A stretch of DNA of 27,847 nt, from positions 1-27,847 of the IMG/VR virus record IMGVR_UViG_3300037195_000714. One strand, given 5' to 3'. Below are positions 15,145 to 23,579 of this stretch, one piece after another. Source of the DNA: a virus (lineage: Duplodnaviria; Caudoviricetes). Both the position numbers and the translations under genes were made by a program. Below the pieces are notes generated by a model. It was not told the DNA's origin and searched no databases. It saw nothing but the letters and a program-made list of their open reading frames with translations. Numbering within the stretch: position 1 is the first letter of the stretch; each line of letters begins with the position of its first letter.

Positions 15145-15390
15145 GAAGGACCACACCTGAAATTGTGGGATGTACGACAATTGAGCCATAGCAGAAATCA
15201 TCTGTATAGGTGCTAAAATAATAATAACAGAGACCTACCAAAGTCAATGTATAACCGCAACAGGATTTGTATCCGTTGAGTGTTATATGTGATTTTATCA
15301 ATTCTTACAAAAAACAAATACAAGTATACAAATCAAGAGTGTCAACGGTATAATATAGACTGGCCATATACCAATAGCTACCGCCAAAAA
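15145..15390 (+). ncRNA. Candidate structured non-coding RNA
   Basis: Downstream of the promoter motif; only very short ATG-initiated frames; hairpins at 15151-15168, 15184-15213, 15240-15296, 15347-15372. Confidence 0.4.
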
Positions 15391-15400
15391 TAAACAATAG

Positions 15401-15426
15401 AATAAAGAAAATAAAAAAAGAAAAGG
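15401..15426 (-). terminator. Oligo-T tract, archaeal-type terminator of the late unit
   Basis: T-rich run immediately after the last minus-strand late gene, facing the converging unit. Confidence 0.5.
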
Positions 15427-15436
15427 CAATGCAGCT

Positions 15437-16015
15437 TTATGCATCCGCCAATAGATAGTCTTCAAGGTCATCACCATCTTCTAAGTCTTCTAAGGTATCC
15501 TCGTCAAACTCTCCAGATAGCAACATGTCTCTTACTTTGTAGTCATCTCTGCTGTCATCACAATAGAATTTAGTTTCAATTTCTACTTCGTAATTTCCTT
15601 CCTCGTCGTCCACGTCCCAGTTTACATCATAATCTTCAACCTCTACTTCTAACAAATCATCTTCATCGTACAATGTACAATTATATTCTGATTCGATAGT
15701 TGGGATAAGTTCGTCCTCAATAAAGTCTTCGTCTGCAATTAGTTCGTCGATGTAAACAATCATTGATTCTCTTACATCTTGCTCTTCTTGCAAGTCTTCA
15801 TCAACAACTGGACAAATAGCACATTCTTCACATACTACTTCTTCTACTACTGGACATTCTACATCAACATATTCTACTATAGTTTCTGTAATAGTCTCAG
15901 TTTCAATTACTACCTCTGGAGCTTCAAACATATCGTGAGCTGCTACTGCTATAAACAGTACACAAGCCAACACTGCTATGATTGAAATCCACAAAGGTGT
16001 TTCATGTTTTGCCAT
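15437..16015 (-). CDS. Membrane-anchored or secreted, very acidic protein
   Basis: N-terminal TM helix, ETIT/CPV linker, D/E-rich domain; GGAGG SD and its own promoter motif. Confidence 0.8.
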   Translation of the reverse strand: MAKHETPLWISIIAVLACVLFIAVAAHDMFEAPEVVIETETITETIVEYVDVECPVVEEVVCEECAICPVVDEDLQEEQDVRESMIVYIDELIADEDFIEDELIPTIESEYNCTLYDEDDLLEVEVEDYDVNWDVDDEEGNYEVEIETKFYCDDSRDDYKVRDMLLSGEFDEDTLEDLEDGDDLEDYLLADA

Positions 16016-16068
16016 GTTATTTTTCCTCCGTATTTTTGTATAAATACCCTATTTTAGTAGTTTTTAGA

Positions 16069-16085
16069 CTATTTAAATATTATTA
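16069..16085 (-). promoter_or_regulatory. Variant late-type promoter motif TAATAATATTTAAATAG
   Basis: Shares the TATTTAAATAG core; intergenic, upstream of ATG 16015. Confidence 0.5.
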
Positions 16086-16111
16086 TAGCCAAATTCACTA
16101 CATAGTGATAA

Positions 16112-16297
16112 CTATTTCCACTTCAGTTTACCGCTTGCATCTCTTAGACCTATTAATCCAAGACCTGCACCAATACTTCCTAAAGTTGCTGCGACTTCTA
16201 AGTACCCTAAACTTGCTAGAATACCGCTAATTACTACTACAAACGCACCCCAAAAGGTTTTGGATTGTAGATAACTTTTTGCATCAATCTTTGCCAT
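16112..16297 (-). CDS. Small two-TM protein, holin-like
   Basis: KSYLQSKTFWG N-terminus, two hydrophobic segments, GLRDA plus a basic C-terminus; follows the tail genes. Confidence 0.65.
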   Translation of the reverse strand: MAKIDAKSYLQSKTFWGAFVVVISGILASLGYLEVAATLGSIGAGLGLIGLRDASGKLKWK

Positions 16298-16388
16298 TGT
16301 GTTTCCTCCTATTATTTTCTGTCATACAAATCAACATTGCGTATAATGCTTGTTCGTACTTAGTGTTAATTGTCCAACTGAATATCAT

Positions 16389-16928
16389 CTAATTGTAATA
16401 GTTCCTCAACTTGAAAACCATAACTCTTGCAAACGAGTTTTGACCCGCGAAAGCGTTCTGGATTGAAACTGTAACTGTTAGCTGTTTAGTCAAAAAGTTC
16501 GCTATACAAGTGTTACTGCCTCTAACCTCTGCCATAGCTGCATCTACATGTTGGTAAGTGATGAATCCATACTGGTTTGTAGTTGTATTAGGATTTTGTC
16601 CAAACTTACCTTCTATGAAATAGGTTGTATTAACTGTACCAGTAGTTCCACAAGATACGTCATAGTTGTTAGTATTAGTACCATCGTCTATAATTATTCG
16701 TAAGGTGAACGAATCGTTACCTCCTCTAGTGCTCATAGCTTCTGCTACTACCTTAACTACATCATTTGCTTGCATCTCTCCCGCTTGGAATACATGAGTT
16801 CCTATAACAGTATAACTTCCATCTGTTGTAGACGTTCCGTTAAACTCTGCCCTAAATGCTCGTATACTGGGCTTAAGCGCGTTATATGATATTTGTTTTG
16901 TGTCGTTCAATTGTGGCCAATCTACCAT
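16389..16928 (-). CDS. Putative tail-associated beta-sandwich protein
   Basis: T/G/N-rich beta-strand pattern; in the tail operon. Confidence 0.6.
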   Translation of the reverse strand: MVDWPQLNDTKQISYNALKPSIRAFRAEFNGTSTTDGSYTVIGTHVFQAGEMQANDVVKVVAEAMSTRGGNDSFTLRIIIDDGTNTNNYDVSCGTTGTVNTTYFIEGKFGQNPNTTTNQYGFITYQHVDAAMAEVRGSNTCIANFLTKQLTVTVSIQNAFAGQNSFARVMVFKLRNYYN

Positions 16929-17191
16929 TGTGCTACCCCCGTAAGCTGTAAAGTGCTAGTTAATGTTGCGTCACATATACCGTGTATATTTGCCACACCA
17001 TCTACTCCTAAAGTAAAAGTTTCTCCTGGTTCTAAAAAGAAGTGCGAAGTTGTTGCTGTTGCATCTACTTCAAAGTATATTCTATTAGCTCCAACATTTT
17101 CCATATAAACTTTGTCAACTACTGGAGAGAAAGCTGCATGTGTACCACTAACTGCAGTTACTGCTAATTGTATTGTTTGTGCTGCTGCCAT
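16922..17191 (-). CDS. Small virion beta-sandwich protein, paralog 2
   Basis: Shares NxG...Y...DA.ATTS...GE...IHGICD with 17193-17525. Confidence 0.7.
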   Translation of the reverse strand: MAAAQTIQLAVTAVSGTHAAFSPVVDKVYMENVGANRIYFEVDATATTSHFFLEPGETFTLGVDGVANIHGICDATLTSTLQLTGVAQW

Positions 17192-17192
17192 T

Positions 17193-17525
17193 TTATCTAA
17201 ATCCTATTATCCTTATAGTTCCTGTTTCGCCAGTGTCACAGATACCGTGTATTGCTGTAGCGTTAGTTTGGAACGATTTATATTCTCCCTTTTTAATGGG
17301 TACGTCTGATGTTGTCGCTGCCGCATCAAAATTCACATAAACTGTATCATTGCCCATGTTTCTAATGATATGGTAATCAGCTTCAGCCGAGTAAGACACA
17401 GAACTTGTAGCCTGTGTTGCACTCAACGTTTCTTGTTCGGACGCGCTAAATACTCCATGAATCTTGTTAAAGTCTCCATCAAATAATATATCACCATCCG
17501 CCTTTGGTACTTCTGTTTCTGCCAT
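17193..17525 (-). CDS. Small virion beta-sandwich protein, paralog 1
   Basis: Same motif as 16922-17191; N-terminal PKADGD shared with 17540-18601; AGGAGG SD. Confidence 0.7.
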   Translation of the reverse strand: MAETEVPKADGDILFDGDFNKIHGVFSASEQETLSATQATSSVSYSAEADYHIIRNMGNDTVYVNFDAAATTSDVPIKKGEYKSFQTNATAIHGICDTGETGTIRIIGFR

Positions 17526-17539
17526 TGTTTATCCTCCTA

Positions 17540-18601
17540 TTATACTGCTCCGTCGTATCTTTCGTCAAACTTTAACATGGTAGCGTTTCCTCCACCAAGC
17601 AAAATTACTCCGGAATGTTCAGCTAACAAGCTCCTTGCGAAAAATAGTTGTAAGTCTGTATCTAGACTAACTGTTACACTTCTGCCAACTTGCCAATTTT
17701 GTCCACTATCTATACTTCTATAAAGTGTTGCAGTACTATAATTTCTTACTGATGAATCCTCATTGTTAGTGAACGTAGCAAAGTATATGTATCCTGTATC
17801 AGTCAATACAAAGTTTGTAGTATAGATTGTACCTGTCCCAAGGTTTAACTTTTCAGAAATTGCTACTAAGTTGGTTCCGTAACCTACAGACAATGCTGTT
17901 GATGGTCCACCGTTATTACCAGTAACGAAAACATATTCTGTTGAAGATATTGCTTTAATATGGTTATCTGTCCTATGTGTAACACCAAATGTTGTATCTG
18001 TCCAATTATCTCCACCATCAGTTGTATACCAAACATTACCCGCAGAGTCTGCTGCAAAGCCGTAAGTTGCGTCATACATATCAATTGTCCAAACATCTGC
18101 TGCTGGTCCAGTTGTACAAATTGTCCATGTGTCACCCTGATCAGTACTTCTGAATATACCCCTTGCTGCTGCTCCTAAGTCACAAGCACATACTGCGACA
18201 CCAGTTGTTGGGAACGATACGTCATGTATCTTTGTTGTTGCTGCTGGTGGTGTTGAAATCTGTGCCCAGTTATCACCACTGTCTGATGTAATATATCCGT
18301 CTAATGCATCATGATCAAAACTTATTGCGTTTGCTCTGGTTCCTTCACATCTAACAGTTGCACCAGTCATTGCTGCATTATCTACTGATGCTTCTGTCCA
18401 GTTTGCTCCACCGTCTGAAGTTATCCAAGAGCCTGCTCCATTCGCTATTGACCAAGCTGTTGTTGTGTGCATTAACACATTACGCATTGAGGTATTAACC
18501 CAATACATCGGTACAAATCGTGTACCAGAATATACGTGATTTATCTCAGATGCATAACCTATGTCTCCCGCTGATTTGGGGAATACTCCTTCTGCTGCCA
18601 T
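17540..18601 (-). CDS. BNR/Asp-box beta-propeller, putative receptor-binding protein
   Basis: Five Asp-boxes: TSDGGANW, TSDSGDNW, STDQGDTW, TTDGGDNW, SIDSGQNW. Confidence 0.85.
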   Translation of the reverse strand: MAAEGVFPKSAGDIGYASEINHVYSGTRFVPMYWVNTSMRNVLMHTTTAWSIANGAGSWITSDGGANWTEASVDNAAMTGATVRCEGTRANAISFDHDALDGYITSDSGDNWAQISTPPAATTKIHDVSFPTTGVAVCACDLGAAARGIFRSTDQGDTWTICTTGPAADVWTIDMYDATYGFAADSAGNVWYTTDGGDNWTDTTFGVTHRTDNHIKAISSTEYVFVTGNNGGPSTALSVGYGTNLVAISEKLNLGTGTIYTTNFVLTDTGYIYFATFTNNEDSSVRNYSTATLYRSIDSGQNWQVGRSVTVSLDTDLQLFFARSLLAEHSGVILLGGGNATMLKFDERYDGAV

Positions 18602-18625
18602 TTTTATTCAATTCTCCTTATCATT

Positions 18626-19510
18626 TTATACTATCCTATGTTTACAGATAAACAAAAATTCATCTGTATCAGACTTTGATTCGTCCGTAAACGTGTTCTC
18701 TGTACCCATTAACTCTGTACTATCAGTATTGAACCAAGCAAAGCCGTCAATATCGTACCCATTACCATGAGTTGTTGGTAATGTACCTCTTAACTCTACC
18801 TCGTTGTTAGTCTCGTCAATTGAAGGGTAACCACTATCAATAGTTACAAAGTAATCTGTTGCACTTGCCACTTTCCAATCGTCCATTACTAAATCGTTTA
18901 CGCTCCAAGTTATAGCCGCGCCTGTTGCTTTGATTGCTATATAACTATAATCGCAAGCAGTTATTACCGGCGCACCAGTTGTACTGTCAGCTGTTGCACT
19001 TGTAAACCGAATTACGTTCCATCCTGTTGCTAAGTCTGCTGCGTCTCTAGTATAAACGTAATAGTTTGCATTGTCTGACCCGAACCGTATGGTCACACAA
19101 TCTGTTGCCGCTAACTTTGCCAACATTGCCACGTCAATAATGTATAACCAAACAAACAATTCTTTGCTAGTAAAGTCTACACTGGTAGTTGTTTTATCGG
19201 TTGAAGCTGTATCGCTCCCCCCTGCGTCTTTAGTTAAATCTAAACCTGTCGTACCTTCTTTAAAGTAGGTCGCGTTAGTTGCTGTTGTCATGTCAGCCGA
19301 GTCTGTCCAGTCTGCTGCTTCACAATCGTCCACTGCTTCTGTATCATGTGTAGCTATTGGAAAGTCCAAGTCGGTTGACGCCACTGCTGGTGTACCATTA
19401 TCATACCCCACCTTAAATTGTGACATTACTGTATAATCCGGCGACGATTTGTATGCTCGGTTTAATACAATGATTTTACCATTGTTAGTTATAATACTTC
19501 CTGTTGCCAT
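18626..19510 (-). CDS. Baseplate or tail-fibre-associated protein with an inserted carbohydrate-binding-like domain
   Basis: IITNNGK...VG...TPAVASTDL N-terminus typical of tail-fibre and baseplate proteins; LATGWN-containing middle domain. Confidence 0.65.
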   Translation of the reverse strand: MATGSIITNNGKIIVLNRAYKSSPDYTVMSQFKVGYDNGTPAVASTDLDFPIATHDTEAVDDCEAADWTDSADMTTATNATYFKEGTTGLDLTKDAGGSDTASTDKTTTSVDFTSKELFVWLYIIDVAMLAKLAATDCVTIRFGSDNANYYVYTRDAADLATGWNVIRFTSATADSTTGAPVITACDYSYIAIKATGAAITWSVNDLVMDDWKVASATDYFVTIDSGYPSIDETNNEVELRGTLPTTHGNGYDIDGFAWFNTDSTELMGTENTFTDESKSDTDEFLFICKHRIV

Positions 19511-19513
19511 TTT

Positions 19514-21481
19514 TTATTCCTCCATAAATAACTGAATTGCTGGTGCAGTTCTTTGCCCATAAGCGTCTGTGGTGTTTGCCACTCTAGCTGCCCCTGCCGC
19601 ATCTTCAGTTAATCTAATATAAACTCCTGTTCCGTCAGTGTTAGTTAATACTGTTTGTACTCCTTCAGTTAATGTTTGCCAATTAATTTTACCATCAGCC
19701 GAAACTTCTATTGTAACTGAACCAGTAAGTGTGCCAAGAGTAGCTGTAGCCTTAGTATAAGTTGCACCCAAAAACAAAATATCTGAATACCATACTTGAC
19801 CTGCAGTAAAATCTATCCTAAAGTTACCTGTATCGAAAGTTGCATTAGAACTAGCTGCATCGTCAAAATCTGTATCGTAACAAAGTTCTTTATAAGTGTT
19901 ATTACCTTGGATAAGTTTAATTGTAGCAAACGCGTCAAACCCTGCCCCACCTAGTCTGCCAGTACCTAAAACTCCTAACGTTGCACTACCTATTACAAAA
20001 CCGCCGTCATGTGACCAAGTGCTAGTATCAAATATAGCATAACTTGCATTACCCCAAAGCCAAACTCCGGCACCGTCAATAGACCGTTTTTGAACCATTA
20101 AATATCTTTTCTCATAATCTATGTCAACAGTTAAGTCAATAATCTGAATCAAGATGTCTTCGTTCTTTGTAAACTCTTCTTCTAACCTTTTAATCTTATC
20201 AAGGGTTAATCTATTATACTCAGCCTCTTTGTAAGTTTTATCACCTAAACTAATCTCATCATACTTGTGAGGCCATTTCTTTTTAATACTATTGATTACC
20301 AAGGATTCGTTTTTGTTGTTATAAGTGTCAACTACTGTAACAGTTTCACCCACCCTATAATCGTTGTCAATCTCTGGCACATTAACTGTTACGCTTAAGA
20401 AAGGAGTAGCATAAGTTGCTAAATAAACGTCTCCTCTATAAATTGCATCTTCTACAGTTTTAATATCACTATACTTTTTGTTAATATAACTTTCCCAGTA
20501 TGCAGCAATTGAAACATCATTCTTTCTTACAACCGGAATAGGTCTTGGAAACGTGTACTGAATCTCTACAAAGTCTGAACCACCTGGTGTGTATTGTGCA
20601 GTGTTCCAAGTAATAGTATTCAATTCTTCATCAACAGAATAATCAAAGGTAGTGGTCGAGCCTATAATTCCCCGTGCCCTTAACGTAGTTGGGGGATTAG
20701 CTGCGTCACAGAATACTTTGGTTGAGAAGGGTGAATTTAATAAGTCTATTGTTGATGTTGTATAGCCTGTGGTAACGCCTATCTGTCCACTTTCAGTTGT
20801 TTCTGCATAAGCTTCCGCACCGTCTACCCTAATCTTGTTCACTAACTGTGTAGCATCTTCTTCCCAAGTTGGAATACCTGTAACATTAACACCTACCTCA
20901 AGCTGTGTCACATTGGTCTGGTATCCAATAGGTTCAACATAAACGTAATCGTCGTCATAGTTATAATACATTTGATAATCGTGAACATCTAAAATAGTTT
21001 TAACTCTTTCATAAATATCCGTTTGCCTACAAACAAACTTTTCCCAAGTAACAACTGCTCCAGTTCCAATAACAGTTGCACCACTATTGGTTGATAACCC
21101 ACCATACTCAGTAATTAATGTGTCAACTATCGCTGAACCTACTCCAGCTTCAGGGTCTACATTAATATCAAAAGAAGTATTAACACTTTTCCTAACCAAA
21201 TCAATTAACGGATTCTTAGCCATTACTTCAACATAAGGTTTAGTTTTACTAACATAATCAATGGTGCCAGTGAACACATTATTCTCTTGTCCAGTAGTTT
21301 CCCCTCGCTTAATTACAATAGTATCACCAATATCGAAAGATGCCGCTGCCAGTATTGCCCAACTAAAAGTTACAACTGCTTCAGGTATCTCGTCACCAAA
21401 AGTATCAGTCTGTTCCCATTCATAGACATAACTAGAAACGTCTACTCCTCCAATTGTAACATGTGTTAATATCTTTGTCAT
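19514..21481 (-). CDS. Baseplate hub / tail-tip protein
   Basis: VFTGTID, NKIRVDG, SIAAY and VGETVTV hub-type motifs; follows the tape measure and Dit-like genes. Confidence 0.75.
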   Translation of the reverse strand: MTKILTHVTIGGVDVSSYVYEWEQTDTFGDEIPEAVVTFSWAILAAASFDIGDTIVIKRGETTGQENNVFTGTIDYVSKTKPYVEVMAKNPLIDLVRKSVNTSFDINVDPEAGVGSAIVDTLITEYGGLSTNSGATVIGTGAVVTWEKFVCRQTDIYERVKTILDVHDYQMYYNYDDDYVYVEPIGYQTNVTQLEVGVNVTGIPTWEEDATQLVNKIRVDGAEAYAETTESGQIGVTTGYTTSTIDLLNSPFSTKVFCDAANPPTTLRARGIIGSTTTFDYSVDEELNTITWNTAQYTPGGSDFVEIQYTFPRPIPVVRKNDVSIAAYWESYINKKYSDIKTVEDAIYRGDVYLATYATPFLSVTVNVPEIDNDYRVGETVTVVDTYNNKNESLVINSIKKKWPHKYDEISLGDKTYKEAEYNRLTLDKIKRLEEEFTKNEDILIQIIDLTVDIDYEKRYLMVQKRSIDGAGVWLWGNASYAIFDTSTWSHDGGFVIGSATLGVLGTGRLGGAGFDAFATIKLIQGNNTYKELCYDTDFDDAASSNATFDTGNFRIDFTAGQVWYSDILFLGATYTKATATLGTLTGSVTIEVSADGKINWQTLTEGVQTVLTNTDGTGVYIRLTEDAAGAARVANTTDAYGQRTAPAIQLFMEE

Positions 21482-21852
21482 TATCCTGTTGTACCCTGTA
21501 CTAATCTAATAGTATAATCTATCTTATTATCTAAAGTGTCCCATGTATAATCAAAAGTATCAACTAATACTGCAATGGTTCCTTCTTGATCAGTAACTAA
21601 GTTTACTGTTGAAGATTGTAACCCGTCTATCAAAGCCTTTATTGTAGTTGCAAAGGTGATAAGTGTTGCTAAGGTTGCATTAGTTTGTGTACCAGTTATA
21701 GTTATATACTGAGTTACACCGAAAGCATCATAGATAAATGTACTATCAGAATCTTGTCCAGGCATAGGTAATGCTACAATATTTCCGGACTTGGATATGT
21801 TGATTGAAGATACATTTCCTAAACCTGTTCCGTTAAGTGTTGCTTCTGCCAT
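21481..21852 (-). CDS. Distal tail (Dit-like) protein
   Basis: Size and beta pattern; lies between the tape measure and hub genes. Confidence 0.6.
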   Translation of the reverse strand: MAEATLNGTGLGNVSSINISKSGNIVALPMPGQDSDSTFIYDAFGVTQYITITGTQTNATLATLITFATTIKALIDGLQSSTVNLVTDQEGTIAVLVDTFDYTWDTLDNKIDYTIRLVQGTTG

Positions 21853-21853
21853 T

Positions 21854-23035
21854 TTATACTCCTACTCCATAAGTTGTTCTACCAGCCATCTGTCTGCTAG
21901 TTTGTTGTGCTATCTGTTGCGCAATATTTTGAATCACGCTCCGTGAAATGCTAGTTGTGTCCAAGGTTGACATGTTTACTGTAACATTAATATTGCTACC
22001 ACCACCAAAGCCGTTCTTTGAAGCCATGATATTGTCAGCAGGGTCGAACTTAATTACTCTACCACTAGACGTAATCATTGCATCTTCAACAACTGTAGTA
22101 CCCGTTACCGCCGAGGAAGCTCTATCCCACAAACTGGAAATGCTAGACTTAACAGACTCGTACCATGCAAACATACCATCAATCTTAGCAGTTACTGCAT
22201 CAACTAACCCTGTCCACGCAGTCTTGATAGGATCAATAATAGTTGTAGTAAACTCGTCAGCAATAGTTTGCCAAGCCGCTTTTACAGGGTCAATAATATT
22301 TTCAGTGAACCATTCAACAATAGATAACCATAAGTCCATGATTGGCGTAAGAACGTTTTCCGAGGACCAAGTTACAAACTCTCCCCAATATTCTTTTATT
22401 GGACTAATAATGTTAGAATCAACCCATTCAGCAAAGTCTGACCAATAACCCTTTATCGGTTCTATCACATTTTCAGATAACCAGGTTCCCAAAGGTTCCC
22501 AGACCAATTTGAAAAATTCTACCAAAGTTAAGAATGTTAACTTTAACTCGTCCCAAGTTGTAACTGCAAAATCTTTAACTGCCTCCCACATTCCTGCCCA
22601 ATCTATACTAAGAAATGCATCAGTCATTTGACTCAATGCTAAGGGAGGAAACGTTGCTGGAGCTATTACATCTTCAGTAAACGATTTAACTGCCTTACCA
22701 GAATCGGAACCGGTAAAGTTGTTCCAAGCGACCAGTATAGGCATTAAGTATTTGAGAAGCATGAGTAAAACAGGTTTAAGTATCCAAAGCATAATATCAG
22801 ATATAGGCTTCAAGAACATTAACAAGACCTTAAAAATTTGTGAAAGCATTGCTAAGGGCGCTGTAAAGGCTTCTAATATCCCTGCAATTATTCCTAACCA
22901 TTTGGAAAGTTTACCAACTGAGCCACCAGCAGCAGCTAAGCCACTAGCTTCACTACCAGCTGAAGCTCCAGCTCCGCCTAATCCTCCACTGCCTGTGTCT
23001 AATACTAATTTTGCCTTTATCGTTGGCTCCGCCAT
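21854..23035 (-). CDS. Tape measure protein (393 aa)
   Basis: G/A-rich N-terminus, hydrophobic segment, Trp-periodic repeats, INVTVN C-terminal motif; start moved to ATG 23035. Confidence 0.8.
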   Translation of the reverse strand: MAEPTIKAKLVLDTGSGGLGGAGASAGSEASGLAAAGGSVGKLSKWLGIIAGILEAFTAPLAMLSQIFKVLLMFLKPISDIMLWILKPVLLMLLKYLMPILVAWNNFTGSDSGKAVKSFTEDVIAPATFPPLALSQMTDAFLSIDWAGMWEAVKDFAVTTWDELKLTFLTLVEFFKLVWEPLGTWLSENVIEPIKGYWSDFAEWVDSNIISPIKEYWGEFVTWSSENVLTPIMDLWLSIVEWFTENIIDPVKAAWQTIADEFTTTIIDPIKTAWTGLVDAVTAKIDGMFAWYESVKSSISSLWDRASSAVTGTTVVEDAMITSSGRVIKFDPADNIMASKNGFGGGSNINVTVNMSTLDTTSISRSVIQNIAQQIAQQTSRQMAGRTTYGVGV

Positions 23036-23272
23036 TTTTTGTTTAACTCCTGACATTCAACCTCGACTTCGTTTAACCTACCATCTAAAAGTAGCAAGTT
23101 TTGAATCTCGTGAACGTTCGCTTCTTCATACGGTTTGCCCGAACCAAAAGCCTTTATATACCTATACTTTTCCATTAACAGGATAAATTCATAGTCTTCC
23201 TTTGCAGGTTCTATGAAAGGTACAAAACCGTTTAAGGTTCTTCTTGGTCTGATTCGGGTTTTAATTTTTTTT
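23017..23272 (-). CDS. -1 frameshift extension of the tail assembly chaperone (GT-like)
   Basis: Slippery A AAA AAA within the A8 run at 23265-23272; the -1 frame is open to TAA 23017-23019 and fills the gap before the tape measure gene. Confidence 0.7.
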
Positions 23273-23546
23273 GTAAATCGTCTTTAGGTTTAAGCAATTC
23301 TGTTAATGCGTTAATTAGTGCATCATATTCGTTACACTTTAAACCTTCAATCGCATCTTTAACATTTTGTCTATCAAATGGGTGGCTAGTTATACACTGT
23401 GGTAATAATCTAGTCATCATTAACATCTCGTCTAGTTTACCGTCTACACGAGATTCCATCATGATTTTATTTCTTCGTCTTGCTATCGGTGCTTCTAGTG
23501 TGACTTCACCCACCGATAGAGTTACTGTTTTCGTGTTATCTACCAT
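23232..23546 (-). CDS. Tail assembly chaperone (G-like)
   Basis: Between the tail tube and tape measure genes; GGAGG SD; slippery site near the 3' end. Confidence 0.75.
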   Translation of the reverse strand: MVDNTKTVTLSVGEVTLEAPIARRRNKIMMESRVDGKLDEMLMMTRLLPQCITSHPFDRQNVKDAIEGLKCNEYDALINALTELLKPKDDLQKKLKPESDQEEP

Positions 23547-23579
23547 CTTGGTTTTCCTCCTTAGCCTACTTGGCTATGA

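Noticed and set aside
14993-15301. 102-aa minus-strand ORF
   Set aside because: It has a non-ATG start, no SD, atypical composition, and lies downstream of the T-tract terminator. It also overlaps the RNA motif and promoter on the other strand.
15310-15390. tRNA-like start GGCGGTAGCT on the minus strand
   Set aside because: No T-arm (TTC motif), anticodon stem or acceptor-stem pairing can be built.
16284-16388. 34-aa minus-strand ORF (MIFSWTINTK...) between the tail gene and the holin-like gene
   Set aside because: It has no SD or motif, so it cannot be supported, although it is not excluded.
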